Origin: Opitutales bacterium
GTDB lineage: Bacteria; Verrucomicrobiota; Verrucomicrobiia; Opitutales; PNEW01
DNA: 64,000 bases
Assembly (NCBI GenBank): GCA_965197745.1
Contig: CBDANS010000007.1
Location: 1,184,001 to 1,248,000, forward strand
Reading direction: 5' to 3'
Shown: piece by piece, positions 41,366-51,751 of the stretch
Position numbering within the stretch: position 1 is the stretch's first letter
Layout of the letters: the number at the start of each line of letters is the position of its first letter
Translations under genes and position numbers: made by a program
Notes under the pieces: generated by a model
Databases searched by the model: none
What the model saw: only the letters and a program-made list of their open reading frames with translations
What the model was told of the DNA's origin: nothing

Positions 41366-42361
41366 ATGAGCATGGATAAAGTTCGTTGGGGTGTTCTTAG
41401 CACGGCAAAAATAGGAACAGGGAAAGTCATTCCGGCAATGCAGGACAGTGCCTGCTGTGCTATTACCGCCATTGCATCCCGCCAGCTTGATAAAGCCCGG
41501 GACATAGCAAAAGAATTAGGAATAGCCAAAGCATACGGTTCCTATGATGAACTATTAGCGGATCCGGATATCGATGCTATTTATAATCCACTCCCTAATC
41601 ATCTTCATGTTCCCTGGTCTCTAAAAGTGTTAGAAAAGGGAAAGCATTTATTGTGTGAGAAACCCATTGCCCTGTCATCGAAGGAGGGAGAGCGACTGGT
41701 TATCGCGGCAAGAGAGAAACCGCAGCTGAAAGTAATGGAAGCGTTTATGTATCGGCACCATCCCCACTGGCAGCATGCACGCAAATTGATAAATGAAGGT
41801 AAGATTGGAGAATTGAAAACGATACATTCTCTCTTTTCTTTTTATAACCGGGATCCTGATAACATTCGCAATATCGCCGAATACGGAGGTGGCGGGCTAA
41901 TGGATATTGGCTGTTATAATATTTCATTATCGAGGTTTATATTTGGCAGTGAACCCAAACGTATTTGCAGTATCATGGAAGTTGATCCACAATTTAAAGT
42001 TGATCGTTTAGTTTCGGGGGTTTTAGATTTTGGGAATGGTCATTCCAGTTTTACCTGTTCCACGCAGATTTCACGATTTCAAAGGGTTAATATTTTCGGC
42101 ACTGAAGGTCGTATTGAGCTTGAACATATAAATTACCCGGGAGATCAGCCCGCCAGGTTGTGGCTTGAAAGAGGAGATGATGTTACCGAATTCACCATTC
42201 CCCCCTGTAATCATTACAAAATCCAGGGTGAGTTATTTTCACAGGCGATACTCAACAATACCGAAGTTCCCACCCCAATTGAAGATGCCGTAGCCAACAT
42301 GAAGGTCTTAGAAGCCGTTGTGCAAAGCGCAAAGAGTAGCACCTGGGTAATGATGGATTGA
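41366..42361 (+). CDS. Gfo/Idh/MocA-family oxidoreductase
   Basis: WGVLSTAKIG, YNPLPNHLH, LCEKP, GGGLMDIGCY. Confidence 0.92.
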   Translation: MSMDKVRWGVLSTAKIGTGKVIPAMQDSACCAITAIASRQLDKARDIAKELGIAKAYGSYDELLADPDIDAIYNPLPNHLHVPWSLKVLEKGKHLLCEKPIALSSKEGERLVIAAREKPQLKVMEAFMYRHHPHWQHARKLINEGKIGELKTIHSLFSFYNRDPDNIRNIAEYGGGGLMDIGCYNISLSRFIFGSEPKRICSIMEVDPQFKVDRLVSGVLDFGNGHSSFTCSTQISRFQRVNIFGTEGRIELEHINYPGDQPARLWLERGDDVTEFTIPPCNHYKIQGELFSQAILNNTEVPTPIEDAVANMKVLEAVVQSAKSSTWVMMD

Positions 42362-42374
42362 TCGTCGCTTTAAA

Positions 42375-43367
42375 TTAACGAGCCAATTCGACGCGTTGTT
42401 GTTCTCTCCAGGAGCGTAGACCGGCATCAATAATCTCCATGGAAACGATCGCATCATTCGCCGGACTCTCGGGCTCGCGTTTACCATCGACGGCATCAAT
42501 AAAGGCCCGGTGTTCCAGGCGGTACATATCATCCCTTTCAAAAGCATGTTTTTCCGTAGTTTCGGTGCCGTCGCTGCTATCCCCCAATCGAATTAGCGCC
42601 GAACCTGAGTCATGATTTAACCATTTCCGGTCGCCAATAATTTCACACTCTGATCTACCGGGATTCTGGACAAAATTTAAGTGAATTGAAGTGAGGAAGG
42701 AATCTTCGTAATCACAGAGTATATCCATGACGTTCGGGTTGGATGTAAGCTCCAGGTCACCCCCCTGGATACCGGTTACATAAATGCCCTTGGGGCGCTT
42801 GCCAAAAAACCAATAAAAGAGATCGGGCTGATGGGCATAATCTAGAAAGAGGGCGCCTTCAATATCCCGCTGGTGGCGCGAAATTGAGTTGACGAGAGTA
42901 AGGTAGGTGCCAATACGAAAGTGAGCATGAAGGACCTTGCCCAATACGCCCTCATCGATCAAGGATTTGATGCGTGTATAGGCAGGATGAAAATGGTTCT
43001 GAAATCCAATATTGAGAATCGTTTTGGCGGATAGAGCAGTCTCACGCATCGCTTGAGCGTCTTCCAGATTATCACTCATCGGCTTTTCGCACAGGACGTG
43101 ACATCCGGCCTGTAAAGCTGCGATCGTCTGCTCTTTGTGAAAAGATTGCGGGGTGGCAATGACTACCATCTCGGGTGGATCTGCTAAAACGCTCTCGTAG
43201 TCCCCATGGTTGCGTAGGTCGCCCAGGTCCTTTCGCGCAACCTCCAGTGATACTTCACTCGGTTCGCAGATCTCTACTTCAAGATCATTGCATTCGCTGA
43301 GCAATCGTGCGTGACGGCGGCCTATTGATCCAACACCAATAACAACAATGCGTCTTTTTAGTGCCAT
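42375..43367 (-). CDS. Gfo/Idh/MocA-family oxidoreductase
   Basis: IGVGSIGRRH, IATP, LCEKP. Confidence 0.9.
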   Translation of the reverse strand: MALKRRIVVIGVGSIGRRHARLLSECNDLEVEICEPSEVSLEVARKDLGDLRNHGDYESVLADPPEMVVIATPQSFHKEQTIAALQAGCHVLCEKPMSDNLEDAQAMRETALSAKTILNIGFQNHFHPAYTRIKSLIDEGVLGKVLHAHFRIGTYLTLVNSISRHQRDIEGALFLDYAHQPDLFYWFFGKRPKGIYVTGIQGGDLELTSNPNVMDILCDYEDSFLTSIHLNFVQNPGRSECEIIGDRKWLNHDSGSALIRLGDSSDGTETTEKHAFERDDMYRLEHRAFIDAVDGKREPESPANDAIVSMEIIDAGLRSWREQQRVELAR

Positions 43368-44167
43368 ATACTGAACCCGCCATCGACAACCAGGTTCTGG
43401 CCGGTGACATAGTCAGAAGCAGAAGAGGCGAGAAACAGGGTCGCGCCCTTAATGTCAATTTCGTCTCGACCCATATGTCCCGCCGGGGTGCGGTCGCTGT
43501 AAGCTGTTTTGAATTCTTCAATCATGCCACGGGTGGGGCCGGTGAATCCACCGGGAGAGATTGCATTTACACAAATACCCATGGGAGAGAGGACTCCTGC
43601 CAAATCTAAAGTCATCCCAATCACCCCGCCCTTTGCTGCGGCATAATCAACGGGTTGGCCTTTCATATTGAGGCGTTCGTACATCCGCCGATCACGACCT
43701 AAAATACCGGCAATCGAGGCAATATTAATAATTTTCCCGGATTTCTGTTTTGCCATGAGTTTTGCCGCTTCCTGGCAGCAGTGAAGCGAACCTATGAGGT
43801 TTATGGTAATCAGGTTTTCTGCGTCTTTGGGCTCGCGTTCAAGAATGTGGCAGGGGCCCGAACCTTCTGATCCCCCGGCATTATTAATGAGAATATCTAA
43901 ATGACCTTTCCATGCGTGCGCTTTGGAGAAAAGAGCGCTTACCATGCTGTGGTCACTTAAATCGAGTTCCAGCGCGAGGACGTCAATACCACGCTCCTTT
44001 TTTAATTTTTCAGCTGCTGCTTCAGCGCTGGAGAGCGTCCGTGAGGTAATCACTAAATCCGCACCTGCTTCACCCAGGGCATCCGCCATATCATATCCCA
44101 GGTGTCTGGCTCCTCCCGTTATAAGCGCCACTTTGCCGTCGAGTTTAAACATATCCATAACATTCAT
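43358..44167 (-). CDS. Short-chain dehydrogenase/reductase
   Basis: TGGARHLG, NNAG, YAAAK, YVTGQNLVVDGG. Confidence 0.9.
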   Translation of the reverse strand: MNVMDMFKLDGKVALITGGARHLGYDMADALGEAGADLVITSRTLSSAEAAAEKLKKERGIDVLALELDLSDHSMVSALFSKAHAWKGHLDILINNAGGSEGSGPCHILEREPKDAENLITINLIGSLHCCQEAAKLMAKQKSGKIINIASIAGILGRDRRMYERLNMKGQPVDYAAAKGGVIGMTLDLAGVLSPMGICVNAISPGGFTGPTRGMIEEFKTAYSDRTPAGHMGRDEIDIKGATLFLASSASDYVTGQNLVVDGGFSIWH

Positions 44168-44255
44168 TGAAGACTACTACTTAAAAATTACTTTCTTCAG
44201 GCAATCTTAAAATGGAAAGAGTAAGGGGACAAAGGATGAACCTGAAGCAGTGGAC

Positions 44256-45095
44256 CTATACCCCGGCCATCTCTTCACGGGCTACTCTTAAAATCTCATC
44301 GTCGGAGACTTTATGCAGAGGCGTATAAAACGGGCTTTTACCATCTTTCCTGTAGGGCTCATTGTCAGCCCGGTTATAGGTGCATACGAGCAACCAGCGA
44401 TGATATTGAGATTCATTGGCCGAGGATGAATGCAGAAGATTACAATGAAAAAACAATGTATCACCAGGTTCTAATTCACAATAGATAAGCTCATGGCGTT
44501 TGATCGCCTCTTCGACCCGTTCGGGATCCGTTCCCGTCTGGACATCGGGATTGTGTCCTCCCTTTGCAAAAACCTGTAAAGTCTTTAATAATTTAGAATC
44601 ACTCATGCCTTCGGTGCCTCTCATCGTGAGATCAATTCGCCCCATTTTATGCGATCCTTTCAGTACCTGCAGGCATCCATTTTCTCTATTGGCTCGCTCG
44701 ATTGCGATCATACAACTGATTGCGTCTGGTCGCAAGAGACCGCCTTTATACCAATAGGGATAATCCTGATGCCATTCAACCGCGCCTCCTACTTCAGGTT
44801 CTTTATACATGATCTTGCTGTGCCAATTGTAAACTTCGCCCTCGAGTAAAGCTTCCACGGCATTGACCAGGCTTTCGCTGCGCGAAATCACACCGTAAAG
44901 ATCGTCGCACTCCTCGGTCCAGGAAATACGTTTGCTAATTCGCCCCTCACTATCTACCTGGGTAAGGGGGGTATCCTTCATCTGTCTGTCGTGACGACAT
45001 TTTTTACTCAGTAGTTCCATTACCTCATTATTAAAGAATGAGGGTATGATCAGATAGCCATCCTCATGGAATTGCTTTATTTGCTGTTTATTCAT
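44256..45095 (-). CDS. PhyH-family Fe(II)/2OG dioxygenase
   Basis: FHEDGY, WHQD, NGCLQVLKGSH, PGDTLFFH..LLHSS.AN...HR. Confidence 0.9.
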   Translation of the reverse strand: MNKQQIKQFHEDGYLIIPSFFNNEVMELLSKKCRHDRQMKDTPLTQVDSEGRISKRISWTEECDDLYGVISRSESLVNAVEALLEGEVYNWHSKIMYKEPEVGGAVEWHQDYPYWYKGGLLRPDAISCMIAIERANRENGCLQVLKGSHKMGRIDLTMRGTEGMSDSKLLKTLQVFAKGGHNPDVQTGTDPERVEEAIKRHELIYCELEPGDTLFFHCNLLHSSSANESQYHRWLLVCTYNRADNEPYRKDGKSPFYTPLHKVSDDEILRVAREEMAGV

Positions 45096-45171
45096 TATCT
45101 GTGGTATCCCGCATCAACCCTATGAATCGTGGTTTAAAGTAATTTTGATTTCTGTATATTTCAAATCAATA

Positions 45172-45987
45172 TTATGACTTCACCGGTTCGATAAATGCGT
45201 AGTTCTCTAACCATTCTATCCATTGCTGGCGCTTAGCGCTTCCCTCGACATTCTCCAACCAATACGGATGGAATTGAGGATTTTTAAATGGAGCCTGATT
45301 TTTTTTATTTATGACCGCTAACTCTTTAGCCGCAGCTATTTCTTCTGCCTTCTTCGGGTTTTTATAATAATTAAGCGAGCACATCCGGCGATCAGTCGTG
45401 CCGCCCCAGGCTGCGTGCCATAGGCGAAAGTCAAAGGCTATGACATCGCCCGGTTCAGAATTACAGATGTGAGCGGGAATATCATTTATCTCATATCCGG
45501 AGGCATTAAGATAGGGTGAATCAGGGCCCCGCAATTTGATCTCGAGTAACTTATCGTGAAGGGGATTTTTATGCGAGCCGGGGATGACACGCAATGCGCC
45601 ACTTTCCCCATCAACAGGTTGCAGGTAGATAAGAAATTTTATTCCATGAAAGTGGATATTTTCCACATCAGGATGCCATTCCGTGGAATTTCCTGAGTAG
45701 CGGTTGGCATTACAGAAAACTCCGACGACATCCTCACCGTAAATTTGCTCCGCTACACCAAGGAAGCGGGGATCTTCCTGTAATGATCTGAGAAATGGTG
45801 ATTCGGGTCCCATGTCTGACCATTTCAGCAGCATTAGATGATTATCAGGCCGGTCATTTAGCCCGGCCAGAATCATGCCGGCTTCAAACTCGGTGTTGAT
45901 TATTTCAAGTTCGTTCTCGCTGAAATATTGATTAAATTTAAGAAAACCAAAGGTGCAGTAAAAATCGATCTGGGTCTTTGTGAGCAT
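45172..45987 (-). CDS. PhyH-family Fe(II)/2OG dioxygenase
   Basis: WHPD, GALRVIPGSH, PGDVIAFD.RLWHA...RR. Confidence 0.88.
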   Translation of the reverse strand: MLTKTQIDFYCTFGFLKFNQYFSENELEIINTEFEAGMILAGLNDRPDNHLMLLKWSDMGPESPFLRSLQEDPRFLGVAEQIYGEDVVGVFCNANRYSGNSTEWHPDVENIHFHGIKFLIYLQPVDGESGALRVIPGSHKNPLHDKLLEIKLRGPDSPYLNASGYEINDIPAHICNSEPGDVIAFDFRLWHAAWGGTTDRRMCSLNYYKNPKKAEEIAAAKELAVINKKNQAPFKNPQFHPYWLENVEGSAKRQQWIEWLENYAFIEPVKS

Positions 45988-45993
45988 CTTTTA

Positions 45994-46821
45994 CTAATCT
46001 CCCATATACCCGACTTCTTGCATCCAGTTAATCCAGCGTTGGCGTCGCGGGTCATTTTCCGTGTTTGCCGTCCATTGGGGATCATACTCGGGGCCGGGTG
46101 ATTCGTAGGTATTCCTGGCCAGATTTTCCCGGGTACTGCGAGAGAGCGTCACATCAATGGAGGTGGCTTCCTTTTCTTCAGGTGATTCTGGAACGCGATT
46201 AAAGATTAAGGTAATCAATCGACGATCTAAAGATCCGCCTGCACTGGCATGCCATAGCCTCGCATCAAAGACAATAACATCACCCGGTACTACAGCACAA
46301 CTGTAGGCGGCGACATCACCAATGCCAATACCCGCTTTTTCAATGTAAGAATCTTTTTTAAATCCACTCAATCCTATATTCAAGAGCATATCGTGAAAGG
46401 GATTTATGTGTGAACCCGGAATAAACCTGAGGGCCCCGTTATTCGCCGCTAGGGGCTGGAGGTAGCTGGCAAATTTGAGGCTATGAAAGTGAATATGTTC
46501 TGAATCGGGGTGCCAGCTCGTATCGCTAACAAAGCTACCTGAGTTGCAGGATATCCCGATAATTTCACCTTCTAAAAGTTGTGCAGCGATTTCACAAATT
46601 CTTGGATCCTCCAGTAATCCACCCGTAAAAGGAGTCTCTGGACCCAGGTTAGGCCAACTCACATACTGATGATTTCCGGTACGGGTAGTTGAACGCAGGG
46701 TATTTGACAGTTTAGATTCAAACTCGGTGTTGATTTTACTGATTTCATCAGGCTTAAGAAAATCTCGAAGGATTAAAAAGCCGAAAGTCTGATAATGGGT
46801 AAGCTGATGTTCTGTAAGCAT
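45994..46821 (-). CDS. PhyH-family Fe(II)/2OG dioxygenase
   Basis: WHPD, GALRFIPGSH, PGDVIVFD.RLWHA...RR. Confidence 0.88.
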   Translation of the reverse strand: MLTEHQLTHYQTFGFLILRDFLKPDEISKINTEFESKLSNTLRSTTRTGNHQYVSWPNLGPETPFTGGLLEDPRICEIAAQLLEGEIIGISCNSGSFVSDTSWHPDSEHIHFHSLKFASYLQPLAANNGALRFIPGSHINPFHDMLLNIGLSGFKKDSYIEKAGIGIGDVAAYSCAVVPGDVIVFDARLWHASAGGSLDRRLITLIFNRVPESPEEKEATSIDVTLSRSTRENLARNTYESPGPEYDPQWTANTENDPRRQRWINWMQEVGYMGD

Positions 46822-46900
46822 GGTTAATTAATAGAATTATAGCTTATAGTATCAAAGTTCTGAATATATTCAATCCCTGCATCTGCCATAATGATAGATA

Positions 46901-49753
46901 TTACAGTTCGAATGGATTCCCTTGAAGAAAGGCCCATTCTATGCGAACTTCGTAAAGCCTGGGGGAGCCACAGCCATAGGGGGATACAAGGATAGCTTTG
47001 TACTGTAACCAGCGGGCATTAAAGGGAATACCGTAAAGTCTTTTTCCAGACTTGTGATAAAAGGTGTTCGAGCCGCTCCATCCATGCCATTTTTCATATT
47101 TTAGGTCCTGTTTTGTTTTAGCCCAACGAACTTGAAATTTTATTTTTAAAAGATCCGTCTCGTCAGATACCCAGTGAATACGACGGGCTCGTCTCACCCC
47201 AATTTCCATGGGAGCAGATATATAATATTCTTCCGGCTTTCGATTGAATGCGTTGCCCCGATCAAAGCTTGTCATCCCGTGGGGGCCCAATCCAGGGAAA
47301 CCTGTTCTATTCGCATTGGAATAGCCTTCAGGACTTCCCCAATAGATAAATGAATTCACCTGATGCCCCAGGTCATTGCGATGACAGCCTAATGCGATAT
47401 CAATCCAGCCGTCACGGTTTAGATCTGACTGCATGACCGCACCTGAGGCGTAACTCTCAAGATTTACGGGATTACTAAAATCAAATTGTTTACCATCGCC
47501 ATAAAATACCTGTGCCGGTGGGGTTCTCGAGGTTGGGTTGGCATAAGCGGTCGCCAGCAAATCGAGGTTGTCATCATTGTTAAAATCTGCGATCGCGGTA
47601 GCCCCTGAGCTGTACCCGGCGAGTAATTCCTGTGAATTTTCAGGGTAATATCCATCAGGGCTTCCAAAGAGAACACGAACCGTGTCTGCGTGACGGCGGC
47701 GGTGTCCAAGAATACCGACCACAATATCCAACCACCCGTCTTTATTTATGTCTGCGAGATTGGGGATCGCCGAGTCCTCCATCCCATGGCAGGGGATTTT
47801 CCAACGATTATCAGATGAATAGCCAACTGAGCTCCCCAGATATATTAATATATAATTTCTCTTATCGTGAAAGAGAACATCGAGGTGGCCATCATTGTTG
47901 ACATCGCCGATGGCCGATGTGTCCCCTCTCGACTTAAATAAATTAATAGAATTTGAAATGGAAAAGCCATTTTTTGAACCTAAAAGGACCAATGATGTTT
48001 TGTCGGGATCATCAATACCAATATCTGACCCCGCGGCCACGGTCAGCAAGTCCAGGTACCCGTCTCGGTTAAAATCGAAAACTTCCAGGTCGAAATGAGC
48101 CTGATCAGTAATGACATCGGTATATAAATCATTGTTCGGGCCATCGGGTGTTCCCTTGAAGATACGTATACCTTTCGGAATGGTGAAAACCGTTTCCGGA
48201 TAGCCATCCAGATCGAAGTCAGCGATAAGTGACTGGCTGCTGTGCTTTGTAAATAATTCAATTCTATTTTCACTATTGTAGTCAGCATTCTCATTACCGT
48301 AATAAATGTAAGAGGGGATACCGCTGAGATGTCCCAGCTTAGTATTGTTGAAGACGATCTCCTGCTGACCGTCGCTGTCGAAGTCTCCAACAGTATTACC
48401 CATCGCTCCCATCGTTGGGACCCAGCTTGCTTTGTCTGGAGAAAATCCCGAAGGACCATTCCAATAAATGGGCGATTGGGTTTCATATAGATTATCATCA
48501 TTATACTTACTTATGACAAGGTCCAGATAGCCATCACCATTAAGATCCGCGGCGGTAGCCCAACGGGCATTGGGCATGGCGAGAAAAGATTGAGTAACGA
48601 GCAAATCCTCGCCCGAACGTATTTGCACCCCCTCTGAAGTAGCTAATATGAGATCATTGACGGCGTCATTATTAAGGTCGGCAATCTCTGTTCGGACGGC
48701 ATTTGAGACAAACTCGGTGCTGTGCCCGGTAGCTTTAATAATAAGTTTTCCATCCGCTCTAAATTTGCCATTGGCATTCCAATAAATTCGAACCTCCCCA
48801 CTACCGCTGAAAATGATGTCCTCCATTCCATCCTGGTTGAGATCTTTCAAAATTACCTGACGCGCGCCGTAGGTGGGGAGAATCAAGGAGCTCTTTTCAT
48901 CGACACCCTTTTCCGCTCCCCAATAAAGAATAGAATTTGTTTCCAGGTTGCTCTGACCCTCTCGATAACTGGCCAATACTATATCTAAATAACCATCATG
49001 ATTAAGATCTTCTGCCGCTATGGAAAGCGCCCCGATGGCCATGATTTTATTTGAGTCACCGGCAATTTCAAAGAGACGATTTTCACTCTGAAGATAAATG
49101 ATGACCGTCCTCGGTATTGCGGGATTATGTGTATCTTTCCAGGCGGAGGGGAAGAGGAGATCGAGTTTGCCATCACGGTTGAAGTCTACTACGGCAACAT
49201 CGTAGGCACCTGTTGTGGGCAGATCAGTCCGACTGACTTCAGGACCCTCGGGTCCCCCCCAGTAGATATAAGAGTTCAACTCAGAGGTCACACCATTATA
49301 CGAATTTACGGTTACAAGATCGGTGTAACCATCATTGTCAATGTCGACCGCCCGACTCATCCAACCACTGTCAGCGGACAGCGTTTTTTTCTTCCAATTG
49401 ATGCCTTGTCCCTGGTCTGGCGTATATACCAAGGTGGGACCGCGTTCGATTTGATCATGTGAATTCGCCAATACCAGATCGACGTAACTGTCATTGTTAA
49501 CATCATAGCTATTGATCATTTCAATAGCTCCATTGGCATTCACGTAAATGTTGGCGCCGCCGTTGCCGAACTGCCCCCGTGAGAATTTACCAAACCCGCG
49601 GTGAACCCATACCGTTTCGACTTCCTTTTTCTTTTTATTTTTCGGGAATTTAGGCCATGAGTATAATGGCGCGTTTAAGAAAAATACCATGAGCAAAGAT
49701 GCCAGGAGCATTTTTATTCTTCGTGTGCGATATGATGCGCTGAGTTTTTTCAT
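46901..49753 (-). CDS. Secreted FG-GAP/VCBS-repeat protein
   Basis: Signal peptide; many DxNxDGxxD Ca-binding repeats with IYWG motifs. Confidence 0.88.
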   Translation of the reverse strand: MKKLSASYRTRRIKMLLASLLMVFFLNAPLYSWPKFPKNKKKKEVETVWVHRGFGKFSRGQFGNGGANIYVNANGAIEMINSYDVNNDSYVDLVLANSHDQIERGPTLVYTPDQGQGINWKKKTLSADSGWMSRAVDIDNDGYTDLVTVNSYNGVTSELNSYIYWGGPEGPEVSRTDLPTTGAYDVAVVDFNRDGKLDLLFPSAWKDTHNPAIPRTVIIYLQSENRLFEIAGDSNKIMAIGALSIAAEDLNHDGYLDIVLASYREGQSNLETNSILYWGAEKGVDEKSSLILPTYGARQVILKDLNQDGMEDIIFSGSGEVRIYWNANGKFRADGKLIIKATGHSTEFVSNAVRTEIADLNNDAVNDLILATSEGVQIRSGEDLLVTQSFLAMPNARWATAADLNGDGYLDLVISKYNDDNLYETQSPIYWNGPSGFSPDKASWVPTMGAMGNTVGDFDSDGQQEIVFNNTKLGHLSGIPSYIYYGNENADYNSENRIELFTKHSSQSLIADFDLDGYPETVFTIPKGIRIFKGTPDGPNNDLYTDVITDQAHFDLEVFDFNRDGYLDLLTVAAGSDIGIDDPDKTSLVLLGSKNGFSISNSINLFKSRGDTSAIGDVNNDGHLDVLFHDKRNYILIYLGSSVGYSSDNRWKIPCHGMEDSAIPNLADINKDGWLDIVVGILGHRRRHADTVRVLFGSPDGYYPENSQELLAGYSSGATAIADFNNDDNLDLLATAYANPTSRTPPAQVFYGDGKQFDFSNPVNLESYASGAVMQSDLNRDGWIDIALGCHRNDLGHQVNSFIYWGSPEGYSNANRTGFPGLGPHGMTSFDRGNAFNRKPEEYYISAPMEIGVRRARRIHWVSDETDLLKIKFQVRWAKTKQDLKYEKWHGWSGSNTFYHKSGKRLYGIPFNARWLQYKAILVSPYGCGSPRLYEVRIEWAFLQGNPFEL

Positions 49754-49999
49754 TAAGATTTAATTGATGAATACCAATTCCTGAACCGCAGATCCCGGGG
49801 ATTGTAATTGAGATTTATGTGTTTGTTAGGGAAAAGAAAAATAAGGTTTAGTAATATATGCCTTTATATGTGTGATCTAATAGTAAGGCTGAACCAGCAG
49901 GAAATCAATTAATAGATAGTGGCAAGGTAATCATAGTTCCTGTTTATGGAATACATTATTAATTGACACCATTTGTAAATCTTCGAAAAGATCAATTTC

Positions 50000-51712
50000 A
50001 TGGATAATCTGGGTTCATATTCCCCTCGCGGGGATCAGAGAATTATTTATATCAGCGATCCTTCCTCTATTGTTCGCAGTTATCTGCCGGAAGAACCTGG
50101 AGAAGAGGATTTGAGAAATTGGGTTGACGAATTGGCTGACGCCGGGGTGGACACTTTTATTCAGGAAGCTTATACTCAGGGATGGACTACTTATTGGCGC
50201 TGTGACCGCTTCGAGTATGATAAGCGCCCACAACATCGGTGTTTTCTCCCCCTGATGGAAGTGGGGATACAGCCGCTGGAAGTGCTCCTCAACCAGAGTC
50301 ATAAACGGGGTATGCAGTTTATAGCCGGGTTGCGTATCAACGATGACCACGGACATATATCAGCTCAACAAGGTGTGGGATCGGGTTCGCGATATATTAC
50401 CGAAAATCCCCAATGGAAAATTAATGAATTTCCACCGGGAGACGCCTATAAATTAAGTAACTTTATTGATTTTACGTTTCCGGAAGTAAGAGACTATGTT
50501 ATTTCCGTAGCAGAAGAAATGGTGAAGCGCTTTGACCTGGACGGTCTGGAACTCTGCTTCAGGGACAGGATCTATTTCCCCGCAGGCAAAAGCCGAGAGC
50601 GACAATCGCTAATGACTGACATGGTGAAGCAGGTTCATGATGTGCTTAAAAGCGAAAGCCAGAATAAAGGCAGGAACCTCAAGCTTGGGGCAAGAGTTTT
50701 TCAGACGATTGAAGAGTGTCATAACATGGGACTTGATGCTCCCACGTGGATTGCCAATGGCTATCTCAACTATATATCGCCAAGCGATCAAATGAATTCA
50801 GACATTAACGCTCCCTATGATGAGTTTACCGCGTTAACCCGTGCTCAGGACAGGTCCTTCAACGATGCTCAGGGCAGGCCTTGTTACCTGTATCCGGCTA
50901 TCCTTCCCTGGATGAGCAACCGATCGGAGCGCAGGTTAAACCGCATGCCGATTTCTATAGAACAACAGCGCGCCATTGCGCAAAACTACTATGGTGCCGG
51001 CGCTGATGGTATCTCCATTTATAACAATTTTGTTTCCAATGACTGGGCGCCATTCTATCCTATGCAGCTTTTCGAGTTAGACGAATTACGTGATCCCGAT
51101 CGTGTTGCCAAAGGGAGAAAACATTACGTTTTTGAACCCATTTGGGGAGGGTGCACTTACACTGAGTTGGATTGTGCCGTCACCGGTAGTGTCAAAGCGG
51201 ACAAGATTGTCCTCAAACGAAGCGAGATTGAAAAGAGTGGAAGTTACCGATTTCGTATTTGTGAAGATGTGAGCAAGGCCCGCAAAGCCTCACTCTTATT
51301 CCGTGCCGGTTATATGACCCTCGAAGATCAAATAAAGGTGTGCATCAATGATCAGGAGATACCTCAATCTGCAATAAGACGCACCGATAGTGAAAAACGC
51401 ATTAGAGCAGAGCCTATGGAAACCGCAACGGATAGGGCCATTCGCATGCTGAAAGAGGGAGGTGACACAGTAGTGGTACATGACAGCACGAAAAAAGGTG
51501 ATACTTTTCTCCATGACCCGGTGAGCACAGGCAAGGGACACCCCATCATACAAAAAGATATCGATCGTCCTTCCACAACCTGTTGGTTCGAATTGAAGTC
51601 CCCACCCGAAATCTACGGCGATAACTGGCTGGAAGTGATATTGACAACGGGTAATCCACAATCTAGCGAAGACATCATTATAGATGAAATTGAAGTATGG
51701 GTCTATTATTGA
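50000..51712 (+). CDS. Glycoside-hydrolase-like TIM-barrel protein (GHL10/DUF187-like)
   Basis: LRINDDH, DFTFPEVR, FDLDGLEL, GADGISIYN. Confidence 0.7.
   Translation: MDNLGSYSPRGDQRIIYISDPSSIVRSYLPEEPGEEDLRNWVDELADAGVDTFIQEAYTQGWTTYWRCDRFEYDKRPQHRCFLPLMEVGIQPLEVLLNQSHKRGMQFIAGLRINDDHGHISAQQGVGSGSRYITENPQWKINEFPPGDAYKLSNFIDFTFPEVRDYVISVAEEMVKRFDLDGLELCFRDRIYFPAGKSRERQSLMTDMVKQVHDVLKSESQNKGRNLKLGARVFQTIEECHNMGLDAPTWIANGYLNYISPSDQMNSDINAPYDEFTALTRAQDRSFNDAQGRPCYLYPAILPWMSNRSERRLNRMPISIEQQRAIAQNYYGAGADGISIYNNFVSNDWAPFYPMQLFELDELRDPDRVAKGRKHYVFEPIWGGCTYTELDCAVTGSVKADKIVLKRSEIEKSGSYRFRICEDVSKARKASLLFRAGYMTLEDQIKVCINDQEIPQSAIRRTDSEKRIRAEPMETATDRAIRMLKEGGDTVVVHDSTKKGDTFLHDPVSTGKGHPIIQKDIDRPSTTCWFELKSPPEIYGDNWLEVILTTGNPQSSEDIIIDEIEVWVYY
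50842..50882 (+). repeat. Intragenic 24-nt-period direct repeat of REP-like type
   Basis: TGCTCAGGACAGGTCCTT (50842-50859) and TGCTCAGGGCAGGCCTT (50866-50882), read in frame as AQDRSFNDAQGRP. Confidence 0.6.
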
Positions 51713-51751
51713 TTAAATTAGTTTTTTATAATCCTGGAATTAATTAATAAA

